The notes under the pieces: model-generated | The model's database searches: none | What the model saw: the letters and a program-made list of their open reading frames with translations, nothing else | Told to the model about the DNA's origin: nothing | Assembly (NCBI GenBank): GCA_964421675.1 | Contig: CAYQXV010000001.1 | Location: forward strand, 7,886 to 71,885 | Source of the DNA: an uncultured Caulobacterales bacterium | GTDB lineage: Bacteria > Pseudomonadota > Alphaproteobacteria > Caulobacterales > Parvularculaceae | Length of the DNA stretch: 64,000 nt | Direction of reading: 5' to 3' | Position numbers and translations under genes: made by a program | Shown: positions 47,823-58,623 of the stretch, in pieces | Layout of the letters: each line of letters begins with the position of its first letter | Numbering within the stretch: the stretch's first letter is position 1

Positions 47823-49019
47823 ATGACGCCCGGAAAACGCCGATCAATATCAATATTGGTGCTCGCAGAGATTTTGGCGATGAGCGTGTGGTTCACATCA
47901 TCAGCCGTTCTGGGCGATATGAATCAAGAAGTGCAGATTGATCCGTGGCGCCAAGCCTTACTTGCCAGCGGTGTCCAACTTGGCTTTGCCGCCGGGGCGC
48001 TGGGCTATGCTATTTTCGGCCTTGCCGACAAATATGACCCCCGCCATGTCTTCGCTATGAGCGGCTTGATTGCAGCGCTTGCAAATCTGGGTTTAATTTT
48101 TGCGCCCATTGGCAGCCTCTTTGCTATTAGCCTGAGACTCCTTACCGGTATTTTTCTTGCGGGCGTCTATCCGGTTGGCATGAAGATCGCCGTCAGTTGG
48201 GGGCAGCAAGATCGCGGCTTGCTGGTTGGATTACTTGTCGGTGCCCTCACCCTTGGCTCTGCTGCCCCGCATCTCCTCGCATTTTTTGGCGGGGCGGATT
48301 GGCGAGCCGCCGTGTGTTTTGCCAGCCTGTTTGCCCTCATTGGGGCCGGTCTTGTCCTGTTTTCAGCGCTGGGCCCATTTTATTCTCGCGCAACCCACTT
48401 TTCGGCGAAAACATTGAAAATGGCGTGGCAGCACCCCTCCATGCGCCGGGTATTTATTGGCTATCTAGGGCATATGTGGGAACTTTATGCATTCTGGGCA
48501 TGGATCGGTATTGCCCTCGGCGCTGCATTTAGCGTTCAAGATCCCGGTTCCACCCATCAGGATATGGCAAAATTAATTGCATTTGGCGCGGTCGCCATTG
48601 GCGCCATTGCCTGCGTTATCGCCGGTCATTTTGCTGACCGTATCGGGAAAGCAAAAATTACCATCCTTGCAATGTCAGGCTCTGCAATCAGCGCCTTGCT
48701 GGCTGCTTTGGTCTTTTCCGGCCCGCCAGCGCTTCTTATCATTGTGGTGCTGTTTTGGGGGGCAACCATCATTGCTGACTCAGCCCAATTTTCCGCTCTC
48801 ATCGCCGATATTGCCCCCGCGCAGCACGTGGGAAGCCTCATGACGTTGCAAACAGCGCTCGGTTTTGGCCTGACCGTGGTCACCGTCCAATTAACCCCGT
48901 GGTTAGCCGAGATGGCGGGCTGGCCAGCTGTTTTCATTGTCTTGGCAATCGGACCATTAATCGGCATTGTTGCGATGCGCAGCCTACTCGGTGCAGGCGT
49001 GCACACTCAGGAGATATGA
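47823..49019 (+). CDS. MFS transporter
   Basis: About 12 TM helices. Start at MTPGKRR (ATG 47823) or the GTG at 47793, just upstream of and overlapping the HAD stop. Confidence 0.75.
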   Translation: MTPGKRRSISILVLAEILAMSVWFTSSAVLGDMNQEVQIDPWRQALLASGVQLGFAAGALGYAIFGLADKYDPRHVFAMSGLIAALANLGLIFAPIGSLFAISLRLLTGIFLAGVYPVGMKIAVSWGQQDRGLLVGLLVGALTLGSAAPHLLAFFGGADWRAAVCFASLFALIGAGLVLFSALGPFYSRATHFSAKTLKMAWQHPSMRRVFIGYLGHMWELYAFWAWIGIALGAAFSVQDPGSTHQDMAKLIAFGAVAIGAIACVIAGHFADRIGKAKITILAMSGSAISALLAALVFSGPPALLIIVVLFWGATIIADSAQFSALIADIAPAQHVGSLMTLQTALGFGLTVVTVQLTPWLAEMAGWPAVFIVLAIGPLIGIVAMRSLLGAGVHTQEI

Positions 49020-50059
49020 GCACCATGCATTTCGCATCCGACAATTGGACAGGTGCCCATCCAGCAATTTTGGACGCCCTGTCTCAAGCCAATGACGCAA
49101 TCGAGCCAGCCTATGGCGGCGACACCTTCACAAATGCGGCCATTGAGAAAATCAGGTCAGTGTTTGAATGCGACGCTGACGTTTTTTTCGTCGCAACGGG
49201 CGGGGCCGCAAACGGGTTAGCTTTGTCATGTCTGACGCCGCCATGGGGCACCATCCTTTGCCATCAAGATAGCCATATCGAGATGGATGAATGCGCAGGC
49301 CCGGAATTTTTTACAGGCGGCGCGAGACTTATGCCGCTTGCCGGTGAACACGGAAAACTCACCCCCAATATTATTGAGACAGCCTTGAACAGCTATCCCG
49401 AGCGCGTCCCCCATGGCAGCCCGGCACATGCTATTTCACTGACCCACCTTAGTGAAAGTGGCACCGCCTATACGCTCCGCGAGATCAAAGCTCTTTGTGA
49501 TAGCGCAAAGGCACGTAATCTCCGTATACATATGGATGGCGCGCGCTTTGCCAACGCGCTTATCCATACCGGAGCAACACCCGCCGAAATGAGCTGGAAA
49601 GCCGGTATTGATGTCTTATGCCTGGGGGCAACAAAAAATGGCGCCATGGCCGCAGAGGCCGTTCTGTTTTTCGATAAAGCCCTGGCAAAAGAATTTGCCC
49701 ATCGTCGCAAACGCGCCGGGCACCTTCTTTCCAAGCAACGCTTTATCAGTGCCCAATTTCTTGCTTGGCTAGACCAGGACCGCTGGCTTGAATGGGCACG
49801 TCACGCCAACCAAATGGCGAGCCAATTATCGCAAGCTTTATGCACTCTTGATGGGGTCAGTCTGGCATGGCCAGTTCAAGGCAATGAAGTTTTTGCAATT
49901 ATGCCGCCAGCGCTTGCAGAGAGGCTTCGCGGCGGCGGGGCACAATTTTATCCCTGGATCACACCGGGTGATGTTTCCAGCGGCAATACGTGGCGGCTGA
50001 TCTGTTCATGGAAAACAAGCCCCGACGATATTGACGCGCTAATCAAACTTGCCCGGTAA
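49016..50059 (+). CDS. ltaE: Low-specificity L-threonine aldolase
   Basis: Start MSTMHFASDNWTGAHP (ATG 49016, ATGA overlap with the MFS stop). GGAANG and GATKNG (PLP Lys) motifs. Confidence 0.85.
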   Translation: MSTMHFASDNWTGAHPAILDALSQANDAIEPAYGGDTFTNAAIEKIRSVFECDADVFFVATGGAANGLALSCLTPPWGTILCHQDSHIEMDECAGPEFFTGGARLMPLAGEHGKLTPNIIETALNSYPERVPHGSPAHAISLTHLSESGTAYTLREIKALCDSAKARNLRIHMDGARFANALIHTGATPAEMSWKAGIDVLCLGATKNGAMAAEAVLFFDKALAKEFAHRRKRAGHLLSKQRFISAQFLAWLDQDRWLEWARHANQMASQLSQALCTLDGVSLAWPVQGNEVFAIMPPALAERLRGGGAQFYPWITPGDVSSGNTWRLICSWKTSPDDIDALIKLAR

Positions 50060-50173
50060 CGTAAATAAACCCGCATCTTATAGATCGCGGCTGAATGGAA
50101 CTGCGCTTATCACTGTTCAATCAACAAACACGCTGATATTTAATCATGTAATTTCAATTCTGGAGCGACCTCA

Positions 50174-51964
50174 ATGAGTTTTGCGACACCGACCCGTGAC
50201 ATGCAATATGCCCTAAACCATATGGCCGATTTTTCGCGCCTTGAAGCAAGCGGGCATTATGAAGATCTTTCCGATGATCTAACCTCAGCGATTTTTGAGG
50301 AAATCGCCAAATTTTGCGACAATGAGATTGCCCCCATGAATTGGGAAAGCGATCAGAACGGCGCGGTCTTGGAAAATGGCGTTGTGCGAACCAGCCCCGG
50401 CTTTAAAGAGGCCTATCAGCAATATGTTGAGTCCGGTTGGGGCGCATTGGCGTTTCCTGCTGAGATCGGCGGCCAAAACCTGCCATCCACACTTTCTGTC
50501 GCGCTTGTCGATGCATTGAATGCTGCGTGCATGTCATTTGCTATCGGTACAACACTGACAACGGGTGCGGTAAAAGCTGTTCTTCATGCGGGCACGGATG
50601 AGCAAAAGAAACTATATCTGGAAAAACTAGCCACAGGTGAGTGGACCGGCACGATGAACCTAACCGAGCCGCAAGCAGGTTCAGATTTAAGCGCTATTCG
50701 CACAAAGGCAGAACCCGCTGGTAACGGTCAATATAAAATCAGTGGGCAGAAAATATACATCACCTATGGTGACCATGATATTGCCGAAAATATTGTGCAC
50801 TTGGTGCTTGCACGCCTGCCCGATGCTCCAGAAGGAACAGCTGGCATTTCCATGTTTCTGGTTCCCAAATTTCATATCAATGAAGACGGAAGCCTTGGCG
50901 AGCGTAATGATGCCCATTGTGTTGGCTTGGAAGAAAAAATGGGGCTGCATGGCAGTCCAACATGCGTCATGGCATTTGGTGAACGCGGCGAATGTTATGG
51001 AACCTTGCTTGGCGAAGAAAATCGCGGCCTCAAAAATATGTTTGTTATGATGAACTCCGCCCGGTTGGATGTTGGGGTCCAGGGCGTAGGCGTTGCTGAA
51101 CGCGCCTTTCAACGCGCTCTGGCTTACGCACAAGATCGCCGGCAAGGACGCGCTTCAGGCGTGCGCGACGGAGAGCAAACGCCAATCATCAATCACCCCG
51201 ATATTCGGCGCACATTATATCTGATGAAAGCCATGGTCGAAGCTTCACGCGGCATTTGTTATGCCAATGGCGTTGCCTATGATCTGGCGCACACCGCCGC
51301 CGATGAACAAACTCGCAAATGGGCAAGTGTCCGCGAAGGCTTGCTAACACCGATCTCAAAAGCCTGGTCAACAGACCGCGCTAACGAGGTTACCTCGATG
51401 GGCGTGCAAATTCATGGCGGCATGGGCTATGTGGAAGAAACCGGTGCGGCCCAACATATGCGCGATGCCCGTATCGCCGCCATTTATGAGGGTACCAATG
51501 GCATTCAGGCGATTGATCTGGTCGGGCGCAAACTGCAAAGCGATGGCGGCGCGGGCGCACGCGACTTTATCAATGATGTACGCGAGCTGATCACACAATT
51601 GGCGGGGCACACGGATGAACAGTTAAGCGTTCTTGCAACACCATTTGAGGATGCAATTGATGCGCTTAGCGCATCGACAGATTGGTTATTAGAACATGCC
51701 AAAAATGATCCCGAAGAAGCGCTTGCAGGCGCAAGCGCCTACCTCAAACAATTTGGCAATATAGCGGGCGGATATTACATGGCACGCGGGGTGATGAGCC
51801 TTGCAGCCGCGGGCGACGCAGATCCTGCATGGCTTGCTAGCAAAAAAACACTGCTTAATATCTATGCGGATAATTTTCTAAGCGAAGCTGTTAGCCTCAC
51901 CAGCGCGGTTATGGGCGGCATTGATAGCCTTCCGCCGATAGACGCAGCGGTACTCGCAAGCTAA
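50174..51964 (+). CDS. Long-form acyl-CoA dehydrogenase
   Basis: 596 aa. LTEPQAGSDL, YITYGDHD, and IYEGTNGIQAIDLVGRK (catalytic Glu region). C-terminal extension domain. Confidence 0.9.
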   Translation: MSFATPTRDMQYALNHMADFSRLEASGHYEDLSDDLTSAIFEEIAKFCDNEIAPMNWESDQNGAVLENGVVRTSPGFKEAYQQYVESGWGALAFPAEIGGQNLPSTLSVALVDALNAACMSFAIGTTLTTGAVKAVLHAGTDEQKKLYLEKLATGEWTGTMNLTEPQAGSDLSAIRTKAEPAGNGQYKISGQKIYITYGDHDIAENIVHLVLARLPDAPEGTAGISMFLVPKFHINEDGSLGERNDAHCVGLEEKMGLHGSPTCVMAFGERGECYGTLLGEENRGLKNMFVMMNSARLDVGVQGVGVAERAFQRALAYAQDRRQGRASGVRDGEQTPIINHPDIRRTLYLMKAMVEASRGICYANGVAYDLAHTAADEQTRKWASVREGLLTPISKAWSTDRANEVTSMGVQIHGGMGYVEETGAAQHMRDARIAAIYEGTNGIQAIDLVGRKLQSDGGAGARDFINDVRELITQLAGHTDEQLSVLATPFEDAIDALSASTDWLLEHAKNDPEEALAGASAYLKQFGNIAGGYYMARGVMSLAAAGDADPAWLASKKTLLNIYADNFLSEAVSLTSAVMGGIDSLPPIDAAVLAS

Positions 51965-51969
51965 CCCTG

Positions 51970-52419
51970 TTAACCAGCAATATTGGCACGTACACGCGCG
52001 ACATCGTCAGGCGTAATCACTGGAGCTGTCACAAATTGTGTGCGCATCCAGCTCAGTAGCGTTGCAAGTTCTTCATCGCTCAACCCATCAAACTGCGCCA
52101 TAACACCAAGCCAAGTGCCCGGCGGGGTTGCAACGGACCGCTCACCGGTCAGCATAAATTTGATGAGGCTGTCCGGGTCCCCGGCAAGCAAAGGCGAGCC
52201 CACTAAACCTGGCTGCATATTGGGTACGCCGCCGCCATTGCTTTGATGACATGAAAGACAAAATTGTCCGTACAGAACCCAGCCAGGATCCTCGCTTACC
52301 TGATCTGCAGATGCGTCTTGCTCTACCTCGTCGACGGTGGGGGGCGAAGAATCGTGTGATTGTGTTTTACCGCACGCACCAAGCAGTGCGAAAATAACTA
52401 GAAAAAAAATCTGCCTCAC
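51970..52419 (-). CDS. c-type cytochrome lipoprotein
   Basis: Lipobox LGAC, one CLSCH heme-binding motif, and a downstream Met. Confidence 0.8.
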   Translation of the reverse strand: MRQIFFLVIFALLGACGKTQSHDSSPPTVDEVEQDASADQVSEDPGWVLYGQFCLSCHQSNGGGVPNMQPGLVGSPLLAGDPDSLIKFMLTGERSVATPPGTWLGVMAQFDGLSDEELATLLSWMRTQFVTAPVITPDDVARVRANIAG

Positions 52420-52429
52420 AAAATTCTCT

Positions 52430-53794
52430 TTACTGATTATCTGCCGTTACACGAAAGATGGTTCCCTGCCGACTGTCAGAAATATAGATTGCCCCGTCGG
52501 GACCGGTCGCCAATCCCATCGGACGATGTATTGCATCGCCTGGGCTATCAACCGGGTCAACCATGGCAAAGCCAAGCGCAAAATCGACGGGATCACCAAC
52601 GATCCGCCCTTCATCCATCGGCACAAACACAACCCGGTAGCCCGCCTGTGGTTGCGGTGCCCGATTCCATGATCCATGAAAAGCAATCAAAGCCCCTTTG
52701 GTGAAAGGCGCAGTAAGTGCCGCATTTTCAATCAAGATAAGATCGTTCGGTGCCCAATGAGCGGGAAACGCATGGATTGGTTCTTGGTAGGTTTCGTCAG
52801 GTAAATTTTCACCATCACCGCCATATTCAGGGGCGAGACGGCGTACCGAATGTGCCGGATCATAATAGGTATACGGCCAGCCAATATCTGCGCCCTCAGT
52901 CGCAAAATGAAATTCTTCTGCAGGCAATAGAGCACTTTGTTCGTCGGTAAACAGGTCTGGAAACAAGGACGACAATTGATCGCGCCCATGATTGGCAAGC
53001 AATAGGCCGCCGCGTCCGCTATGCCACTTCATCGCAATGGCATTACGAGTGCCAGTCACAAAACGATATCCATCTTCTGGTGTCTGCCCTGAAACGGATC
53101 CATTAAATTTCCAAATACCGGCATAGTTTTCCAGCAACCCGCACGGGACTTGGCCAGGCGATCCAGGCGTGCGCATTTCAACCTGGCAAGCATTGGCCGG
53201 TGCGCCAATATTTACATAAATATTTCCATTCTCATCAAAGGCAAAATTCTTGTCAGCATGTTGGCGCTCTTCCGGGAAACCGCCAATCACGGTTTCAAAT
53301 TCCCCATCAGGCAACAGGGTATCGCTCAACTGAATGCGCGACACAGATACCCGGTCAGAAATATATAACCAACCGTCTCGTATTTCGACATCGGTGCTAA
53401 TGGGCGCGGCGCGTTCGCGCTTTTCATCGGCGACGCCATCACCGTTCGTATCGCGCAAGGCAATCAACGTTCCATCCAGTCTGGCAACAAAAAGATCACC
53501 ATTATCGCGCACAGCAATGTGCCGCGCGCGCTCACCAACACCCTCATGGAACACTGAAATTTGAAATCCGGCCGGAACCGTGATTTCCCCTACACGATAT
53601 ACAGCGCCAGTTGGCGCGCTGCCTGCGTCTCCCGCCAATTGCGGTATTGCCTCAACACTTGTTGCAACCTCAGTTGTGGCTTCAACATTTTGAGGATCAC
53701 TGGCGCCGCATGCACTCAGCGCCGCAAGGCTTACCGAAAGAGCGGAAATTACAGATAGTTTAGGAAAGAAGGGTACAGCAAGAAAACGCATCAC
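52430..53794 (-). CDS. PQQ-dependent sugar (sorbosone/glucose) dehydrogenase-family beta-propeller lipoprotein
   Basis: Lipobox LSACG. Repeated propeller-like segments. Typical pairing with a downstream cytochrome c. Confidence 0.7.
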   Translation of the reverse strand: MMRFLAVPFFPKLSVISALSVSLAALSACGASDPQNVEATTEVATSVEAIPQLAGDAGSAPTGAVYRVGEITVPAGFQISVFHEGVGERARHIAVRDNGDLFVARLDGTLIALRDTNGDGVADEKRERAAPISTDVEIRDGWLYISDRVSVSRIQLSDTLLPDGEFETVIGGFPEERQHADKNFAFDENGNIYVNIGAPANACQVEMRTPGSPGQVPCGLLENYAGIWKFNGSVSGQTPEDGYRFVTGTRNAIAMKWHSGRGGLLLANHGRDQLSSLFPDLFTDEQSALLPAEEFHFATEGADIGWPYTYYDPAHSVRRLAPEYGGDGENLPDETYQEPIHAFPAHWAPNDLILIENAALTAPFTKGALIAFHGSWNRAPQPQAGYRVVFVPMDEGRIVGDPVDFALGFAMVDPVDSPGDAIHRPMGLATGPDGAIYISDSRQGTIFRVTADNQ

Positions 53795-53868
53795 GATGGA
53801 TCCTTTTGCAACGGCATTTCAGCATCAACGCTAAACTTATGGACTATTTTTGCGTCGGTGCCTAAAGG

Positions 53869-56800
53869 TTATTCCGCAGCTTGGGGCCTTTGGTCAATAT
53901 CAGAGCTTTGAGGCCCGCTTTCCCTGCTCTTGGCCCCGCTCTTCGCGCGATTGGTCTTGGCGTTGCCAGGTTTGCGTTTGAAAAACGCATTGAGCCGGCG
54001 CCCATAAACCGTCGGTGCCGCCAGCATGACGGGCGTCAAAACCAATGTCAGCACGGTTGCAAAGGCAAGGCCATAAACGATCGCCGATGACAAAAGCACC
54101 CACCAATCTGAAGATGTGCTGCCGCGGGTAATTTCGCCTGCCGCGAAGTTAAAGTTCAGCTCAAACACCATGGGTAGCAAGCCGAGTATGGTGGTAATGG
54201 TTGTCAACAAAACAGGCCGCAAGCGTTGCGCGGCGGTACGAACCACACTTTCTTCAATCCCTAATCCTGTGCGTCTTAATTGTTGGTATGTATCAATCAA
54301 AACAATATTATTGTTCACCACAATCCCGGCAAGCGCCACGACCCCCACCCCGGTCATGATCACGCTCACATACTGACCAGTAATTGCGATTCCGAGCATG
54401 ACACCAAAAACCGATAAGATGACCGCTGATAAGGTCAGGATTGAATGATAGATTGAATTGAATTCTAACAATAAGATAAGAGCAATCATGAACATTGCTG
54501 CCGACATTGCCGCGGCAAAAAACGTCGCTGCCTCTGCGGTATCTTCATTAGCGCCGCGCATAATCCACGTCACTTCATCACCCAAAACACCAGAGTCCAA
54601 CCACGCTTTTGCATGATCAATCGCGACGTTCTGGCTAATCTCATGGCCGCCTACAGATGTGTTACCGTTCGCCTTAACTTCCAAAATTCGCTGACCGTCT
54701 CGCCGGGTAATTCGGTCAACCTGAACCTTTGCTTCTCGCGTCATGAAATTAGAGAGCGGCACTGAACCGCCTGGTGTCTGTATACGAATAGTATCCAACG
54801 CAAAAATATCACGCTTGCTTTCGGGGTATCGTGCACGAATATCTATTTCTTCATCAGCATCGTCTGGACGAAACTTGCCAACAAGCAATCCATTGGTCAC
54901 GAACTGCACGACGCCGCCAGATTGTGCGACGCTAACGCCGTAGCGCCCCGCCAGCGCACGATCTACAGCGATATTCCATTCAATGCCAGGCAAGGGAAGG
55001 CTGTCTTCAATGTCCATAAATGCTGGCACGTCTCGGCCATTCACATTGATCGTCGTGCTATCGGCCCACTCTCTGACCTTTGTCGCCGCATCCTTCATCG
55101 CTTGATAGCTTGGTGAGGAAATTTCTATTTGAACATCTTTTCCTACTGGCGGACCACTTTCGCGCTGCCTGACCTCAACAATCATTCCGGGGACATCGCC
55201 AACAAGTTCACGCAACTCATCAAGAATAATATTGGAATGCGCCCGCTGCGAATATGGAATCAAATCAATGCCTACCTGGCCAATGGTTTCCGGCGGATAG
55301 GTATTGTTGCGGCTTAGCGCCGGGCCGGTCTGCAAATAAAGCGATTCAATCGCTTTATGGTTTTCAACCCGCTCAGCAACTTCTTGAGTAAGGGCAATTT
55401 TTGTTTCCTCAGACAGATTGCCCCGCGCCAAAACCAGTAAGCTGACTTCTTCATTATCGGAGCGGATGAAAAATTCACGCTCTGGCGCGGCAAATTTAAA
55501 TGCAAAAAAGCAGACAGCAACCAATGCAAATACTGATATGATTGAAACTGTCGGGCGTTCTAATGCTGATTTTATAAACCGCGCATAGCTTCCAAGCGGC
55601 GTTTGCAACGTTGTTGGATCAATATCTTCTATGCGAACATCGCTCGGGCCATCGGTTTTACCCTGAATGCCAAAGCGCTCCTTAACCCAGCGCGGCGTCG
55701 CAATAACGGACCCGAATACTGGCAGAAAAATCAACGCCACAACGAGTGATGAAAGCAGAACATAGATCAGCGTGAGCGGCAAAAATTTCATAAATTGCCC
55801 AGGAATACTGCTCCAAAACATAAACGGCACAAACGCCGCAAGGGTTGTCGCTGTCGAGGTTATGACCGGCCAAAACATGCGCTTGGATGCTTCAAGATAA
55901 GCGATGCGCCGGCTCGCCCCTTCGCTCATGCGCCGGTCGGCATATTCAACAATAACAATTGCACCATCGACCAGCATGCCCACCGCAAGCACCATGCCGA
56001 ACATCACCATCATATTGAGCGTATACCCAAACAGATATAGCCACAAAAATGCGATCAAAAATGATGTGGGGATTGCAACGCCAACCATAATGGCTGAACG
56101 CAGTCCGAGCGCGGCAACAATAACAACCATCACCAACAATATCGCCGTGAGAACCGATGATGTCAGGCCGCCCAATGCATCATTTACAAAAATTGATCGG
56201 TCGCCCAATACATCATACTCAATTGCAGCGGGCCAGCTTCGGGATGCTTGCTCGGCGAGTCGTTTGGCTTCGTCAATTGTATCAACAATATTAGCCCCGG
56301 CGCGTTTGCTAATCTCAATGCCGATTGCTTTTTCACCATTGAATAGTGCGTATCCGGGAGCATCCACAAAGGTGCGCCGAACACTGGCCACATCACCAAT
56401 AGTCACAACATTATCGCCGTTTGCACGTACCGGGATTACGGCAAGGTCTTGTGCGGTCCGTACCAGTCCGGGAACCTTTACGGAATACCGCCCATCCTCA
56501 AGATCAAGCGTACCCGCAGTCACCAGCTGATTGTTGGCTGTTACCGCATTGATAACGTCATTCTCAGTAATCTGATAGGATTCAAGAATCTCCGGATTAA
56601 TAATAATCTCAAGCAATTCGGGACGTGCGCCTGTTAACCGTGCATCCAACACGCCGGAATTGGTCTCCATCAAATCACGCAGCTTGAGCGCCTGCTGATA
56701 TAAGACGCGCTCTGGCACCGGGCCATGGATAATGATCGACAATATGGGAAACTGGTTTTGGATACTAAATTCAGTAACAACCGGTTCTTCCGCATTGTTG

Positions 56801-57162
56801 GGATATTCAGCCTTCGCCCGATCAACAGCTTCGCGAACCTCCGAAACAGCATCGTCTATAATGACGGATGGTTCAAACTCCAATGTGATTTGCGCCGCGC
56901 CATCATAGGCTAACGAGTCCATTTGCCTCAGGCCTTCAATAGATTGAAGCTCTAACTCTGTGGGGCGAACCAATAATCTCTCACCATCTTCAGGAGAAAC
57001 ACCTGGCAGTGGCAGCGTCACCATAACAAAAGGTGCGGGAATATCAGGCTCGGCTTCCCGCGAGATATTATTGAAAGCAAAAAGGCCAAAAAAGATCATG
57101 GCCGCAAAACCAATAAGGATTACGCGAACGCGCGAAAATGCGGCATCAATCAATCCGGTCAT
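53869..57162 (-). CDS. RND efflux transporter permease (AcrB/HAE family)
   Basis: 1097 aa. 12-TM architecture with two large periplasmic loops, plus a C-terminal basic tail. Confidence 0.95.
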   Translation of the reverse strand: MTGLIDAAFSRVRVILIGFAAMIFFGLFAFNNISREAEPDIPAPFVMVTLPLPGVSPEDGERLLVRPTELELQSIEGLRQMDSLAYDGAAQITLEFEPSVIIDDAVSEVREAVDRAKAEYPNNAEEPVVTEFSIQNQFPILSIIIHGPVPERVLYQQALKLRDLMETNSGVLDARLTGARPELLEIIINPEILESYQITENDVINAVTANNQLVTAGTLDLEDGRYSVKVPGLVRTAQDLAVIPVRANGDNVVTIGDVASVRRTFVDAPGYALFNGEKAIGIEISKRAGANIVDTIDEAKRLAEQASRSWPAAIEYDVLGDRSIFVNDALGGLTSSVLTAILLVMVVIVAALGLRSAIMVGVAIPTSFLIAFLWLYLFGYTLNMMVMFGMVLAVGMLVDGAIVIVEYADRRMSEGASRRIAYLEASKRMFWPVITSTATTLAAFVPFMFWSSIPGQFMKFLPLTLIYVLLSSLVVALIFLPVFGSVIATPRWVKERFGIQGKTDGPSDVRIEDIDPTTLQTPLGSYARFIKSALERPTVSIISVFALVAVCFFAFKFAAPEREFFIRSDNEEVSLLVLARGNLSEETKIALTQEVAERVENHKAIESLYLQTGPALSRNNTYPPETIGQVGIDLIPYSQRAHSNIILDELRELVGDVPGMIVEVRQRESGPPVGKDVQIEISSPSYQAMKDAATKVREWADSTTINVNGRDVPAFMDIEDSLPLPGIEWNIAVDRALAGRYGVSVAQSGGVVQFVTNGLLVGKFRPDDADEEIDIRARYPESKRDIFALDTIRIQTPGGSVPLSNFMTREAKVQVDRITRRDGQRILEVKANGNTSVGGHEISQNVAIDHAKAWLDSGVLGDEVTWIMRGANEDTAEAATFFAAAMSAAMFMIALILLLEFNSIYHSILTLSAVILSVFGVMLGIAITGQYVSVIMTGVGVVALAGIVVNNNIVLIDTYQQLRRTGLGIEESVVRTAAQRLRPVLLTTITTILGLLPMVFELNFNFAAGEITRGSTSSDWWVLLSSAIVYGLAFATVLTLVLTPVMLAAPTVYGRRLNAFFKRKPGNAKTNRAKSGAKSRESGPQSSDIDQRPQAAE

Positions 57163-58274
57163 TGCACACCCTCATTTACTGTTGAGGGGGCTTGTTCATC
57201 GCGGGCAACCTTAACACGTTGGCCTGCTTTGACATATTCCTGACCGCGCGTAATCAGTTCGACGGCGTCACTTAGTCCGTCTACGAATATACCGGTTCGA
57301 CTTTCACCCAGTAGATTGACGGGAATAAATTGCACAAGGGAATTCTCATCAACAACACGCACACCGATTCTCTCATTCGCATCGAGAACCAGTGCAGACC
57401 GCTTGACCAAATGCGCGTTGCGTCGTTGCGCCGTGATTTGAAACTCCGCGGTCACCCCGTCCCTCAATGTGCCTTCGCTATTGGGAACCTCTAATTCCAC
57501 ATCAAATGTCCGCGTTGATGGGTCAGCGGAGGAGGCAACAAATTTGACTTTGCCTTCGACAATCTCCCCGGTCGCAAGCGTAGCAACGCCGCGATCGCCC
57601 GGGGCAATCTTACCGACTTCACGCTCGGATATGGCTCCAACAATCAAAAATGGATCGCGTTGAATGAGAACGCCGCATGGATCGCCGACTTTAACATAGT
57701 CACCCGCTTCAACCATGCGTTGATCAAAGGTACCGTCAAATGGAGCGCTAACAATTGTCTGCTGCACGGCGATTTGTGCTTGCAACACACCCGCCTGAGA
57801 AAGATCGCGTGCAGCCTTAGCAGCCGCCACCGCATTTTCAGATCCCAACCCCTCTTTCATCAGTTCACTGGCAGCATTGTAATCCAATTTTGCTTTGGCA
57901 AGGGAGGCGCGCGCCTGATCCAATTGAGATTGGCGTGCATCAATGCGCAGTCGGCACAAAGTATCCCCCTTATTAACCTTGGACCCTATTGATGTTGGTG
58001 TTTCAGAAACGGTTCCTGCGGTCTCGGTACGAACTGTGACTTTACGAAAAGCTTTTGTTCGCCCCCGCACGCTCACCGATTCCTGCCACTCTCGCGAGGC
58101 CGTCCGGCTGGTCATGACCGTAAATACACCGTCATCATCGGCTACCTGGTCGGGATTATCGCGGTCAACGCCCGTGACACCCTTCACCAGCATATTTCCG
58201 CCAAACCAGACAACCGCCAGAATGACCATGCCCCCAGCGATCTTGTAGGGTGTTGATAATGCCATCGGGACCAT
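57159..58274 (-). CDS. RND efflux periplasmic adaptor (MFP/HlyD_D23 family)
   Basis: N-terminal anchor, coiled-coil hairpin (LDQARASLAKAKLDYNAA...QAGVLQAQIAVQQT), beta-barrel domains. ATGA-type 4-nt overlap with the permease. Confidence 0.9.
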   Translation of the reverse strand: MVPMALSTPYKIAGGMVILAVVWFGGNMLVKGVTGVDRDNPDQVADDDGVFTVMTSRTASREWQESVSVRGRTKAFRKVTVRTETAGTVSETPTSIGSKVNKGDTLCRLRIDARQSQLDQARASLAKAKLDYNAASELMKEGLGSENAVAAAKAARDLSQAGVLQAQIAVQQTIVSAPFDGTFDQRMVEAGDYVKVGDPCGVLIQRDPFLIVGAISEREVGKIAPGDRGVATLATGEIVEGKVKFVASSADPSTRTFDVELEVPNSEGTLRDGVTAEFQITAQRRNAHLVKRSALVLDANERIGVRVVDENSLVQFIPVNLLGESRTGIFVDGLSDAVELITRGQEYVKAGQRVKVARDEQAPSTVNEGVQ

Positions 58275-58623
58275 TTTTGCCGATACCTTCTAAATGCGTG
58301 AACCGTGTTGAAATTAGTGTATTGCCCGGCTCGTCGATAAAATGGCCGAAAACTCTCAATACTTCCATAATGATTATACTGGGTAGTTTACCAGCTGGAT
58401 CAAGGATTGGAACGGAAATTTACATACAAATACGCCTAAGGCTGATGACGTAGCCAAGAGACATTTTGGATTGGGGCCATCTATTCGATGATCAAGGCTT
58501 ATATCCATACCCCATGAATTCGGTGTAAGGAAAAGCCTCTAGCCAGAAACAAGGCTGCATTCGCCATTAAATCGGCAGATCTAACAGGCAGGTCAAATAA
58601 GCGGGCCTGCCTTCACCATCCTA

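Noticed and set aside
55904-56530. 208-aa plus-strand ORF
   Set aside because: It lies entirely inside, and antisense to, the strongly supported RND permease gene. Its composition (Ser/Thr/Ala/Arg-rich) is typical of shadow ORFs.
58583-58609. Hairpin AGGCAGG-N13-CCTGCCT just downstream of the tyrosine-kinase gene stop
   Set aside because: It has a large loop and no following T-tract on the minus strand, so I cannot support it as an intrinsic terminator.
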